Notes: generated by a model not told the origin, from the letters alone. Counted from the first letter of the stretch, positions 9,215 to 17,997 are shown. The stretch: DNA of 64,000 nucleotides from an uncultured Sandaracinus sp. (GCA_903828805.1 CAIKNO010000330.1:1096-65095), one strand, 5' to 3'. Translations and numbers: made by a program.

Positions 9215-9264
9215 AAGCGGCTCGCGTAGGCGATCCCCCCCCAAAGCCCGCGGGCCGCTTTTTT
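9215..9264 (+). terminator. Intrinsic-terminator-like hairpin followed by T6
   Basis: AAGCGGCTCGCG (9215-9226) pairs with CGCGGGCCGCTT (9249-9260), giving 12 bp with one G-U pair around a C8-containing 22-nt loop. A TTTTTT run follows at 9259-9264. There is no T-run on the opposite strand. Confidence 0.45.
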
Positions 9265-9301
9265 AATCTCCCATCGGTTTGCTCCGATGTTGCATCCTCC
9301 A

Positions 9302-9327
9302 CCCGGAACGACCTCGGTCGTTCCGGG
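9302..9327 (+). promoter_or_regulatory. Perfect 11-bp stem-loop in the 5' leader of the M32 carboxypeptidase gene
   Basis: CCCGGAACGAC-ctcg-GTCGTTCCGGG, 77 nt upstream of ATG 9404. A second GC-rich hairpin (GGGCGG...CCGCCC nested in CTGCG...CGCAG) follows at about 9349-9387. Confidence 0.45.
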
Positions 9328-9403
9328 TCGGCTGCGCTCCCTTCCCTCCTGCGAGGGGCGGGCGAGGCGACCGCCCAGGGCGCAGCGGCATCAGGAGAGG
9401 CAC

Positions 9404-10906
9404 ATGGAAGACACCGAGTGGGCCGCGCTGACCGCGCATCTTGGCGAGATCGAGATCCTCGAGGGGATCATGGGCGTGCTCGGCTGGGACGAGCAGACCT
9501 TCATGCCGCGCAAGGCCGCCGGCCTGCGGGGAACCCAGCAAGCATTGCTGTCGAGGCTCTCGCACGAGCGCCTCGTGGATCCTCGGGTCGGCGCCTGGCT
9601 CGCGGCGCTCGAAGCGCACCCGGACCGCGACGTCGTGCAGAACGCGTGCGCCCGCAACCTCGGGCGCACCTACCGCCGGGAGCGCGGCGTGTCGTCGGAC
9701 CTCGTCGATCGCCTCGCCCGCGCACGCAGCGACGGGTTCCAGGCGTGGATCGAGGCGAAGAAGACCTCGAACTTCGAGGTGTTCGCCCCGGTGCTCCAGC
9801 GCCTGGTGGACCTCAGCCGCGAGCGCGCGGCCGCCATCGACCCTTCGCGTCATCCCTACGAGGTGCTGCTCGAGCAGTTCGACCCCGGCACCTCGGTCGA
9901 GAGTCTGCGCTCGATGTTCGCGCGGTTGCGGGCCGGCCTGGTGCCGCTGATCGAAGCCATCGCCGCGGCCCCCGCCCAGACGCCCCTCGCAGGCCCGTGG
10001 GAACTCGAGCGCCAGTGGGCCCTCAACCGAGAGGTCGCCGCCGGGCTCGGCTACGATTTCGAAGGCGGTCGGCTCGACGCCTCCGAGCACCCGTTCTCGA
10101 CCGGTCACGGCGAGGGCGACGCACGGATCACCGCCCACCTCACGCCCGACGATCTGCTGTCGGGCCTCGGCGGCACCATCCACGAGACGGGGCATGCGCT
10201 CTACGAGCAAGGCATTCCGCGCTCGCTGCTCGGCACGACCGTCGGCGAGGCGGCGAGCTTCGGCCTGCACGAGTCGCAGAGCCGGTTCTGGGAGAACTAC
10301 ATCGGCCGGAGCCGGCCCTTCGCGGGATGGCTCGCGGACCGGATCCACACGCACTTCCCGTCGTCCCGCCTCGACGCCGACACGTTGTTCCGCGCCCTGA
10401 ACCGCGTCGAGCGCGGACTCATCCGCGTGAAGGCCGACGAGGTCACGTACAACCTGCACGTGATCGTCCGCTTCGAGCTCGAGCTCGCGCTCTTCGAGGG
10501 CCGACTCGCGGTGAAGGATCTGCCCGCGGCGTGGAATGAGAAGTACCGCACGTACCTCGGGGTCACCCCGCCCGACGACGCGCGCGGCGTGCTGCAGGAC
10601 GTGCACTGGTCGGGCGCCGCCTTCGGATACTTCCCCAGCTACACGCTCGGGAACCTCTACGCGGCGAGCTTCGGCGCGACCCTCGAGGCCGCGCTTCCGA
10701 CCTTGTGGGACGACGTCGGCCGGGGCCACTTCGGCGACATCCTCGCGTGGCTGCGTACGCACGTGCACGGGGTCGGTCATCGCTTCGAGGCCCCGGAGAT
10801 CGTGAAGAACGCCGTCGGCGGTCGCGACCACGTCGAGGACCTGCTCGCGTACCTGTGGCGCCGTCAGGGCGCGGTGTACGGGGTCGTCCGTCCGTCCGGC
10901 GTCTGA
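9404..10906 (+). CDS. Carboxypeptidase Taq-type metallopeptidase (family M32)
   Basis: Track ORF 9287..10906 trimmed to ATG 9404 (AGGAGAGG 5 nt upstream). M32 blocks are present: GVLGWDEQTFMP, HPF, the zinc motif HETGHALYEQG, HESQSRFWEN and DVHW. Confidence 0.9.
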   Translation: MEDTEWAALTAHLGEIEILEGIMGVLGWDEQTFMPRKAAGLRGTQQALLSRLSHERLVDPRVGAWLAALEAHPDRDVVQNACARNLGRTYRRERGVSSDLVDRLARARSDGFQAWIEAKKTSNFEVFAPVLQRLVDLSRERAAAIDPSRHPYEVLLEQFDPGTSVESLRSMFARLRAGLVPLIEAIAAAPAQTPLAGPWELERQWALNREVAAGLGYDFEGGRLDASEHPFSTGHGEGDARITAHLTPDDLLSGLGGTIHETGHALYEQGIPRSLLGTTVGEAASFGLHESQSRFWENYIGRSRPFAGWLADRIHTHFPSSRLDADTLFRALNRVERGLIRVKADEVTYNLHVIVRFELELALFEGRLAVKDLPAAWNEKYRTYLGVTPPDDARGVLQDVHWSGAAFGYFPSYTLGNLYAASFGATLEAALPTLWDDVGRGHFGDILAWLRTHVHGVGHRFEAPEIVKNAVGGRDHVEDLLAYLWRRQGAVYGVVRPSGV

Positions 10907-10936
10907 GGGACCTCGCAGCGCCGTGGGGCGTCCCTC
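10905..10936. terminator. Weak hairpin spanning both convergent stop codons
   Basis: GAGGGAC (10905-10911) pairs with GTCCCTC (10930-10936) around an 18-nt loop. No T-run. Confidence 0.25.
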
Positions 10937-11909
10937 ACTCGAGGGTCACGTCCAGCCGGCACGCGCTCGTTCCGAGGTGCCCGTCCCGCACGACGAGCCA
11001 GAGACTCGCAGGCCCTGGCTCCTCGGGCGTGGTCCATCGCGTGCCCCGCTCGGGCCGGGCCGTGATGGCCTCGCCGAGGCGACCACCGGTCGCGAACCAC
11101 GCGTAGTACGCGCCTTCTTCGCCCTGCGTGAGTCCCCCGGTGTAGTCGAACACGGGGAACGTCTCGAGCCACGGCTCGCGCGCCATGGCGCTGTCGCCGT
11201 CGCCGAAGCCGCTTCCATCCGGCAGCAAGGGCTCGAGCGGCACCTCCGCGCCGGCGCGCAGCCGCGGCGTCCGACCATCGGCCGCGCGGCACGTGAAGCG
11301 CCCGTCGGGCACGATCTCGAGCGCATCGTCGAGCCGGAAGCGCGGCGGCGGCGGGTTCGTCGTGGGCGAGGCGCGCCCCGTGAGAGCCACCCTCTTGTAC
11401 GCGGACACGCGCACCCGGCCCGTCGCGTCGAGGACCTCGAGCTCGACCTCGAAGGCGACGCCGACCGTCGACAGCACGAGGTCGAGCAGCGCCGCCCGCG
11501 CGCCGAGGAGCGGCGCGAACGACGCGAGCGCGTCGAAGAGCGCTCGGGTCCGCGCTCCTTCGACGACGAACGAGACACCTTCGGCGAGCGTCGCCTCCTG
11601 ACACTCGGGCCGGCCGGGCACCTCGACGGGCAAGCCCGTGTCGCGCAGGACGCTCGCTGCATCGAGGCATGCGCGCCACCGCAGCGCGAGCGGTCGAGGG
11701 GCCTCGGCAGGCACCGAGATCATCGCGTCGACCGCGATGTCCGTCCCGGGGGCCGACTCCGGCGGCTCGGCCACGACCGCCAGCACGCGGGGCGTCTTCA
11801 CGATCTCCGAGGGGTCGAGCGAGCCCGTGCATCCGACCAGCGCCAGCACGACGGAGAGCCCCCACCCCGCCTCGGACCCTCGCCGGGCCCTGCGGAACGG
11901 GGCGCTCAC
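10935..11909 (-). CDS. Hypothetical lipoprotein, last gene of the esterase/TonB-receptor operon
   Basis: Track ORF 10935..13124 trimmed to GTG 11907-11909, which forms a GTGA overlap with the upstream stop. The N-terminus ends in the lipobox LALVGC. The composition is protein-like and I recognise no family. Confidence 0.7.
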   Translation of the reverse strand: MSAPFRRARRGSEAGWGLSVVLALVGCTGSLDPSEIVKTPRVLAVVAEPPESAPGTDIAVDAMISVPAEAPRPLALRWRACLDAASVLRDTGLPVEVPGRPECQEATLAEGVSFVVEGARTRALFDALASFAPLLGARAALLDLVLSTVGVAFEVELEVLDATGRVRVSAYKRVALTGRASPTTNPPPPRFRLDDALEIVPDGRFTCRAADGRTPRLRAGAEVPLEPLLPDGSGFGDGDSAMAREPWLETFPVFDYTGGLTQGEEGAYYAWFATGGRLGEAITARPERGTRWTTPEEPGPASLWLVVRDGHLGTSACRLDVTLE

Positions 11910-14413
11910 TCGAACACCGCCCGCACCCCGAGCGTCCCGAGGATGGGGATCCCCGGCACCGGCATGCTTCGCTCGAAGTCGTACTGGTAGATGACACCCT
12001 CCGCGTTCTGCGCGTAGTACGCGTTGAGCACCTCGAGGAAGACCGTGCCGCGCACGGGGCCGGCATCGAAGTCGCGGTCGAGACGCACGTCGAGCTGATG
12101 GTAGGTCGGAAGCCGCGCGAACGCGCCGGTCGTCACCGCGTCGTAGTCGTTCGCGTCGGCGTCGTAGATTCCCCCCTGGATGTCCGCGGTGGGGCGGCCG
12201 GTCGCGAGCGAGAAGCGCCCCCCGATCCTCCATCCGTCGAGCTGGTAGCTCGCCACGAGGTTCAGGACGTGCGTCTGGTCGAACGAGAACGGACGCCACG
12301 TCCCGTCGGTCGCGAGCCGCTCGCTCCGCGAGAGCGTGTACGAAGCCCACGCGTAGAAGCCCTCGTCGACCGGCCGTCGGATGAGGACCTCGAGACCGTA
12401 GGCGCGGCCCTCCTGATCGGCCCGGAAGAACTCCCGTCGCAGTTCCCCCGAGGGGCCCACGACCGCCGACTGGGCGAAGCGCGCGATGTCCCACATCTGC
12501 GAGTAGAAGCCGTTCACCTCGACGCCCACGTCGAGCGGAAGATCGACCTCGACGCCGCCGGATGTCTGCCACGCGCGCTGCGGTCCAAGCCGCGGATTGC
12601 CGCCCGTCGAGATCGTCTGCACCGCCGCCGGGGCCTGCGTGAAGAGCCCCGTGCCCGCCTTCAACCGGAGCTCCCGGAAGACCTCCCACCGGGCGACGAC
12701 GCGCGGGTCGGGCGCGATCTCGGTCAGCGCGCCGTATCGCAGGACGTCCATCCGCAACCCCGCGCTGAGCTCGACAGGCGCGAATCGAAGGACGCCCTCG
12801 AGGTAGGCCCCCGGCGTGCCGCGCGCGGCCGACGAGCGCAGCGTGACGAAGCGGGGATCGAAGACGGGACGCGGATACTCTCCGAGGCCCGAGGGAAGCG
12901 GCGCCGTCACGTCGATGTGCGTGACGACGCCGGCGAGGTCGAGCCCGGTGTTCACCGCGAGCCACGGCGCCGGCGCGAGGGCCACGTCGAGGCGCAGGCC
13001 CGTGGTCAACGTCTCGAGGCCGAAGCGCTGGCTCGGCTCGCCGACGCTCCGGCTCCCGAAGAACTGACCGTCGCGCCCGACCGTCCCGGCGAGCGTGACG
13101 CTCGTGCCCTCGGCGACGCGCCACACGAGGCGCGCGATGGCGCGCTGGAAGTTGATCGCGATCGACGTGTTGACGCCCGACGAGGTCGCACCGCCCCCGA
13201 TCGCGCCGGACTGGTCGAGTGTGTCGTCGGAGGCGAGCAGGAAGATCGAGCCCGAGAGGTGCGCGTCGAATCGGTACTCCGCCCGGAGCTGGGCGTCGGT
13301 GTACTGGAGCGTCAGCCCCGGCACGAAGAGCGGGACGAGCAGCTCGTAGTAGCTGCGGCGGAACGCGAACGCGACGTTGCCGCGGCCGTGATCGAAGGGC
13401 AGCACGATCATCGCCGAGGCGCGCAGCAGATCGAGCGAGAGCTCCACCTGAGGCGCCCGGGCCTCGGGGGCGTGGGTGTCGAGGGCGACGAGCCCGCCCG
13501 TGTAGCGTCCGTAGGACACCGGATCATTCCCGGGATAGAAGCGCATGCGCTCGACGAAGCGCGACGAGATGACCGCCGGACCGAACCCGAAGTGATAGAG
13601 GATCGGGATCGGAAACCCGTCGACCAGGAACCCGGTGTTGTTGAACGCCGAGCCGCGGACCACGAAGAAGCCGATCCCGAAGGGTGAGCGCGCGACCCCC
13701 GGCAGGGCCGCCACCGCGCGGAGCGGCTCGCCGAACGTGCCCGGGACCGTCGTGAGCTCGGCGCCCCGCAGCGTGATCCGGCTCGTCGCGTCGGGCTCGG
13801 GCCGCTCCACGACCGCCCGCGCGCCGAACGCCGCCGGCTCCTCGGGCGCGCCCTCGGCAGCGACCTCCTCCGTGCCTGCGACCCCCTCACCCGGCCGCGC
13901 GGCCGTCTCGTCGCCCCCGGCGGCCGGCGCCCCGGGCGTGTCCTCGCGGGGAGGCGGCGCCGCCGTCGTCGCGTCCTCCGCGGCCGGCTCGACGGGCGTC
14001 GCGGCGACGCGGTAACGAAACCGGATCCGCGCCGGGATCGGCACGCCCGCCCGCGTCGCGGGCTCGAAGCGCATCGCGCGCGCGGCCGAGAGCACGAGCG
14101 CGTCGACGTCGGGGCGGACGCTGACCGCGAGCGTCGCCTCGGTCACGGAGCCATCGGCCGCGACCCCGAGGAGCAGGTCCACCGCGGTGTCCTCGAGGAG
14201 CGCCGGCGCCCCCTCGGGGAGCACCACCTCGGGGGCCTCGAGCAGGCGCGGAGGGATCGCCGCCACGCGCACAGGGGGCGGAGCCGGCGCCTCCTGCGCC
14301 TGCGCCTGCGTCCAGGCCGGCATCGCGAGCGCGACGAGGCCCAGGAGGCAGGCCGCGACGCGCGGGGGCGCCCTGCGGAGGCCGCGGGCACGGTCGAGGA
14401 CGGGGCCCTTCAC
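11906..14413 (-). CDS. TonB-dependent receptor-like outer-membrane protein with N-terminal TonB C-terminal (TonB_C) domain
   Basis: Track ORF 11906..14905 trimmed to GTG 14411-14413 (GTGA overlap). It has a signal peptide (CLLGLVALAMPAWTQA) and a TonB_C-like block (DLLLGVAADGSVTEATL...FEPATRAGVPIPARIRFRYRV). A plug-like block follows (LTTVPGTFGEPLRAVAALPGV, VVRGSAFNNTGFLVDGFPI), then a long beta-barrel. Confidence 0.8.
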   Translation of the reverse strand: MKGPVLDRARGLRRAPPRVAACLLGLVALAMPAWTQAQAQEAPAPPPVRVAAIPPRLLEAPEVVLPEGAPALLEDTAVDLLLGVAADGSVTEATLAVSVRPDVDALVLSAARAMRFEPATRAGVPIPARIRFRYRVAATPVEPAAEDATTAAPPPREDTPGAPAAGGDETAARPGEGVAGTEEVAAEGAPEEPAAFGARAVVERPEPDATSRITLRGAELTTVPGTFGEPLRAVAALPGVARSPFGIGFFVVRGSAFNNTGFLVDGFPIPILYHFGFGPAVISSRFVERMRFYPGNDPVSYGRYTGGLVALDTHAPEARAPQVELSLDLLRASAMIVLPFDHGRGNVAFAFRRSYYELLVPLFVPGLTLQYTDAQLRAEYRFDAHLSGSIFLLASDDTLDQSGAIGGGATSSGVNTSIAINFQRAIARLVWRVAEGTSVTLAGTVGRDGQFFGSRSVGEPSQRFGLETLTTGLRLDVALAPAPWLAVNTGLDLAGVVTHIDVTAPLPSGLGEYPRPVFDPRFVTLRSSAARGTPGAYLEGVLRFAPVELSAGLRMDVLRYGALTEIAPDPRVVARWEVFRELRLKAGTGLFTQAPAAVQTISTGGNPRLGPQRAWQTSGGVEVDLPLDVGVEVNGFYSQMWDIARFAQSAVVGPSGELRREFFRADQEGRAYGLEVLIRRPVDEGFYAWASYTLSRSERLATDGTWRPFSFDQTHVLNLVASYQLDGWRIGGRFSLATGRPTADIQGGIYDADANDYDAVTTGAFARLPTYHQLDVRLDRDFDAGPVRGTVFLEVLNAYYAQNAEGVIYQYDFERSMPVPGIPILGTLGVRAVFE

Positions 14414-15639
14414 GGCGCGACGTTCGACCAGGACGCGTCCCCATCGAGCATCGCGCCGAGCCAGGCCGAGAGCGTCGTGCCCCCGGAGGTCACGCGCCCG
14501 AGCTGCTCGTACACGAAGGTGTGACGATCCCCGTCGACGAAGAACGTGTGGATGCGGTCGTGGGGCGAAAGAACACGGTCGCGCAGGTCGACGAGGCCCG
14601 CCTCGTAGACCTCGCCGCTCATGCCGATCGGGAAGTTGCAGCGCGGGCTCAGGCCGATGCCGAAGAACTGCCGCATCGTCTGGTCGCGGGTGTTCGACAG
14701 CAGCGCGAAGCGTCGCTCCGGATAGCGCAAGGTGAGGTAGGTCCACAGCGCAGAGAGGCCGCCGCCTTCGGGCAACGCGCACTGCGGGCAGTCGGCCGGC
14801 ACCGGCAGCCCGAACAGGTCGATCGCCTTCTGCTGGAGGCACGGACGCAGGGTCTCGTCCCCGAGGATCGGACCGGAGTCGTCGATGAGGTCGACCGGCG
14901 TGCACTCGAAGGCGCGCTGCACTTGATCGTAGTTCGCGAGCGCCCCGAGCCCGCCTGCGCTCGCCCCGATCAGCACCGCGCGCTCGACCGGATGGACGTC
15001 TCGGAACGTCGGCACGAGCCGCGACAGGAAGCGGCCGACGTTGAGGTAGCCGACCTGCTCACGCCCCTCGAAGCCGTCGACCCGCGTGCCGCCGTGAACG
15101 TCCCCGCTGCAGTACGGCACGTACACGACCGTCCAGTCGCGGAACGGGTTCGAGGCGTCGGTCTTGCTGAAGATCCCGTAGGCGTCGAGATCCGACTCGA
15201 CCGCGCGGAACCGGGTCGCCGAGAATCCATCGGGATTCGCCACGCCCGCGCACGTCACGGCGTCGAAGCAGAGGCCGCCCCCCTCGAGGTACATCATCAG
15301 GCGCGGCGAGGTGCCGAGACGGACGCCGAAGCCGGTCGAGCTCCCGTCCATGCAGTGGGCCTCCGGCACGTCCACCCACGTCCAGCGGCCCTCCGACAAC
15401 CCCTCCAGCGGCGCGCCCTCCGGGGCGCTGCCCCAGGTGTCGCAGGCCCCGGGATCCATCGGCATCACCGGCCCGGCATCGGTGCGCGGTCCCGCATCCC
15501 GCCCGGGAGGCGGCCCCGCGTCGACCGGCAGCACGCCCGCATCCGGCTCGACGGGCGGCGCATCGCCGCCGCACGCTGCGAGCGCCAGGATCGACAGCAC
15601 GAGCAAGGCGGCGCGCGCGCCGCGGCGAGAGGATGGCAT
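14410..15639 (-). CDS. Pectin-acetylesterase (PAE/Notum-like) family hydrolase lipoprotein
   Basis: ATG start and lipobox LALAAC. PAE-family blocks are present: YLEGGGLCFD, YVPYCSGDVHGG and the nucleophile-type GASAGG. Confidence 0.75.
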   Translation of the reverse strand: MPSSRRGARAALLVLSILALAACGGDAPPVEPDAGVLPVDAGPPPGRDAGPRTDAGPVMPMDPGACDTWGSAPEGAPLEGLSEGRWTWVDVPEAHCMDGSSTGFGVRLGTSPRLMMYLEGGGLCFDAVTCAGVANPDGFSATRFRAVESDLDAYGIFSKTDASNPFRDWTVVYVPYCSGDVHGGTRVDGFEGREQVGYLNVGRFLSRLVPTFRDVHPVERAVLIGASAGGLGALANYDQVQRAFECTPVDLIDDSGPILGDETLRPCLQQKAIDLFGLPVPADCPQCALPEGGGLSALWTYLTLRYPERRFALLSNTRDQTMRQFFGIGLSPRCNFPIGMSGEVYEAGLVDLRDRVLSPHDRIHTFFVDGDRHTFVYEQLGRVTSGGTTLSAWLGAMLDGDASWSNVAP

Positions 15640-15812
15640 CGAGGAGTCCCGTCCAGGTCGCCCCGGCGGCCGGCGAAGCAGTCGACGGGCGCGGAAAGAC
15701 AGGCTCAGGCTACCAGCGCCCGCAGGCCCGTTGAAGCGCCATTCATCGCCGCCCGCGATGCCGCGCGGCGCGTGCTTGTCGCGGGGATGCGCGGCCCGTA
15801 CAACTGCGCGTC

Positions 15813-16937
15813 ATGCCGTCCTGGACCCGCACCGGCCGCAGGTCGCCCGCGCCCGTCCGTGGCGTGCTCGGCGGGTCTCCGGCGTGGGTTCTTCTGCTGC
15901 TCTCGGCCTTCGCGGTCGGGAGGCCATCGGCGGCGGCGGCCCAGGGGACTGACGGCGAGGCCGGGGACAGCCGCCCGCCCGTCCCGACCGCGGGCGCCGA
16001 GGCGCTCTCCCCGGGCCCCGCGCCGACCGGAGACGCGCCGGACGACGTCGCCGAGGACGTGGTGGCCACGTTCGGCAACGTGGTCGGCACCGAGGGCCTC
16101 CAGCGTCCCACCGGAGGGGAGTCGCCCTCGCATCGGCTCGCCTGGCGCGACGCGTGGCCCCGGTTCTCGTTCGACGAGGCCGTGCTCTCGTTCGGGCTCG
16201 GCGCGCTCCTCGTCGCCGCGGAGGCCCTGCCGACCGCGAGCACGTTGCCGAACTGGCGCGGCGGCCTGCTCTTCGACGACGGCGTCCGCGAGGGGATGCG
16301 CCTGCGCACCCCCGAGTCCCGGGAGTCCGCGCGCCTCGCCTCCGAGGGGCTGCAATGGGTCCTCATCGCCACCCCGTTCGTCATCGACGCCCTCGGCACC
16401 GCCGGGATCGGTGACGGAAGCTGGGACACCGCGTTCCAGATGGGGCTCATCAGCCTCGAGTCGTACGTCGTCGCGCTCGTCGTCTGGAAGGTCACGACGC
16501 TGCTCGCGCGCCGCGAGCGGCCGGTCGATGCGGCCTGCCGCGCGGATGGGAGCAGCCCCGAGTGTGCGGAGCGCTTCGAGACGACGAGCTTCTTCTCGAA
16601 CCAGACGATGAACGCGTTCACCGGCGCCTCGCTGGTGTGTCTCGAGCATGCGGCGCTGCCCCTGTTCGGAGACGAGGCCGCGGACGCGGCGACCTGCGTC
16701 AGCTCGCTGACGGCCGCGGCGGTCGTGGGCCTGCTCCGGGTCATGAGCGACCGCGAGTACCTCACCGACGCGCTGATGGGCGCCGCCGTCGGCTTCGTCG
16801 CGGGCTACGTCGTGCCCTGGGCGCTGCACTACCAAGGCGGCGCCCGACCCGAGCTGCGCGCGCCGATGGCCCTGGTGCCCTTCCCGATGGTCGGCCCCCA
16901 CGACACGGTCGGGGTCTCGCTCGCGGGCTGGTTCTGA
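15813..16937 (+). CDS. PAP2-superfamily membrane protein with substituted catalytic histidines (probable pseudo-phosphatase)
   Basis: ATG start and signal peptide. The PAP2 C1-C3 blocks are recognisable but degenerate. C1 is ARRERP. C2 is SFFSNQT against consensus SFPSGH(T). C3 is LRVMSDREYLTDALMG against consensus SRxxxxxHxxxD. Confidence 0.7.
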   Translation: MPSWTRTGRRSPAPVRGVLGGSPAWVLLLLSAFAVGRPSAAAAQGTDGEAGDSRPPVPTAGAEALSPGPAPTGDAPDDVAEDVVATFGNVVGTEGLQRPTGGESPSHRLAWRDAWPRFSFDEAVLSFGLGALLVAAEALPTASTLPNWRGGLLFDDGVREGMRLRTPESRESARLASEGLQWVLIATPFVIDALGTAGIGDGSWDTAFQMGLISLESYVVALVVWKVTTLLARRERPVDAACRADGSSPECAERFETTSFFSNQTMNAFTGASLVCLEHAALPLFGDEAADAATCVSSLTAAAVVGLLRVMSDREYLTDALMGAAVGFVAGYVVPWALHYQGGARPELRAPMALVPFPMVGPHDTVGVSLAGWF

Positions 16938-16965
16938 GCGCGCGGTCACGCGGACGGAGGGACCG

Positions 16966-17976
16966 ATGAAGGCGTGGCAGATCGAGGCGTTCGGGGCCCT
17001 GTCCCCGGTGCAGGTGGAGCGCCCCGCGCCGGTCGTCGGACCCGGCCAGGCCCTGGTGCGGGTACGCGCCGTCGCCTTGAATTATCGGGATCTCCGGGTG
17101 CTCGAGGGCAGCTACGACCCACGCCTCGCGCTGCCCTTCGTGCCCTGCTCGGACCTCGCGGGCGAGGTGCTCGAGACAGGCCCGGGCGTGCGCCGTGTGA
17201 AGGCCGGGGACCGCGTGCTGTCCTCGTTCGCGCAGGCCTGGGTCGCGGGTCGACCGACCCAGGCGCGGCTCCGTTCGACGCTCGGGTCGCCGCTCCCCGG
17301 GGTGCTCGCGACCCACGTCGTCCTGGACGCCGAGGGGCTCGTCCATGCGCCCGCGTACCTTCCCGACGAGGCGGCGTGCACGCTCCCGTGCGCTGCCCTC
17401 ACCGCATGGCACGCGCTCGTCGATCACGGCGCGCTGCAGCCCGGCCAGACCGTGCTCGTTCAGGGCACCGGGGGGGTCTCCCTCTTCGCGGCGCAGATCG
17501 CACGCCTGCTCGGCGCCACGGTGATCGGCACCTCGGCCAAGCCGGCCGGCCGCGCGACGCTGCACGCGCTCGGCGCCTCGACCGTCATCGACCGCGTGCT
17601 CGATCCCGCCTGGGGCAAGACGGTCCGGGCGGCGACCTCCGGCCTCGGGGTCGACCACGTGGTCGAGGTCGGCGGCGCCCAGACCCTTGCGCAGTCCCTG
17701 CGCGCCGTTTCGCCGGGCGGCATCGTGCACGTGATCGGCGTGCTCTCGGGGGCCCGCGAGAGCTTCGACGTGCTGCCCGTGCTGATGAACGAAGTGCGGA
17801 TGCAGGGCATCATGGTCGGGCCGCGCGACTCGCTCGAGGCGATGATCCGTGCGTTCTGCGCCCATCGCCTTATGCCCATCGTCGACCGCACGTTCTCGTT
17901 CGACGAGGTGCCCGCGGCGTTCGCCCATCTCCGCAGCGGCACGCACGTCGGCAAGGTCTGCGTGGCGCTCCCCTGA
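16966..17976 (+). CDS. Zinc-type alcohol dehydrogenase / NADPH:quinone oxidoreductase (MDR) family protein
   Basis: ATG with GGAGGG RBS. MDR layout with ALNYRD, PFVPCSDLAGEV and the nucleotide-binding VLVQGTGGVS block. Confidence 0.85.
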   Translation: MKAWQIEAFGALSPVQVERPAPVVGPGQALVRVRAVALNYRDLRVLEGSYDPRLALPFVPCSDLAGEVLETGPGVRRVKAGDRVLSSFAQAWVAGRPTQARLRSTLGSPLPGVLATHVVLDAEGLVHAPAYLPDEAACTLPCAALTAWHALVDHGALQPGQTVLVQGTGGVSLFAAQIARLLGATVIGTSAKPAGRATLHALGASTVIDRVLDPAWGKTVRAATSGLGVDHVVEVGGAQTLAQSLRAVSPGGIVHVIGVLSGARESFDVLPVLMNEVRMQGIMVGPRDSLEAMIRAFCAHRLMPIVDRTFSFDEVPAAFAHLRSGTHVGKVCVALP

Positions 17977-17997
17977 GGCCCGGCCCCGAGCGTGGAC

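Noticed and set aside
9287-9403. An in-frame ATG at 9287 that extends the M32 carboxypeptidase by 39 aa.
   Set aside because: The extension (MLHPPPGTTSVVPGRLRSLPSCEGRARRPPRAQRHQERH) is not protein-like and overlaps strong RNA hairpins. ATG 9404 has a good RBS, and the protein aligns from there with the Taq carboxypeptidase N-terminus as I recall it.
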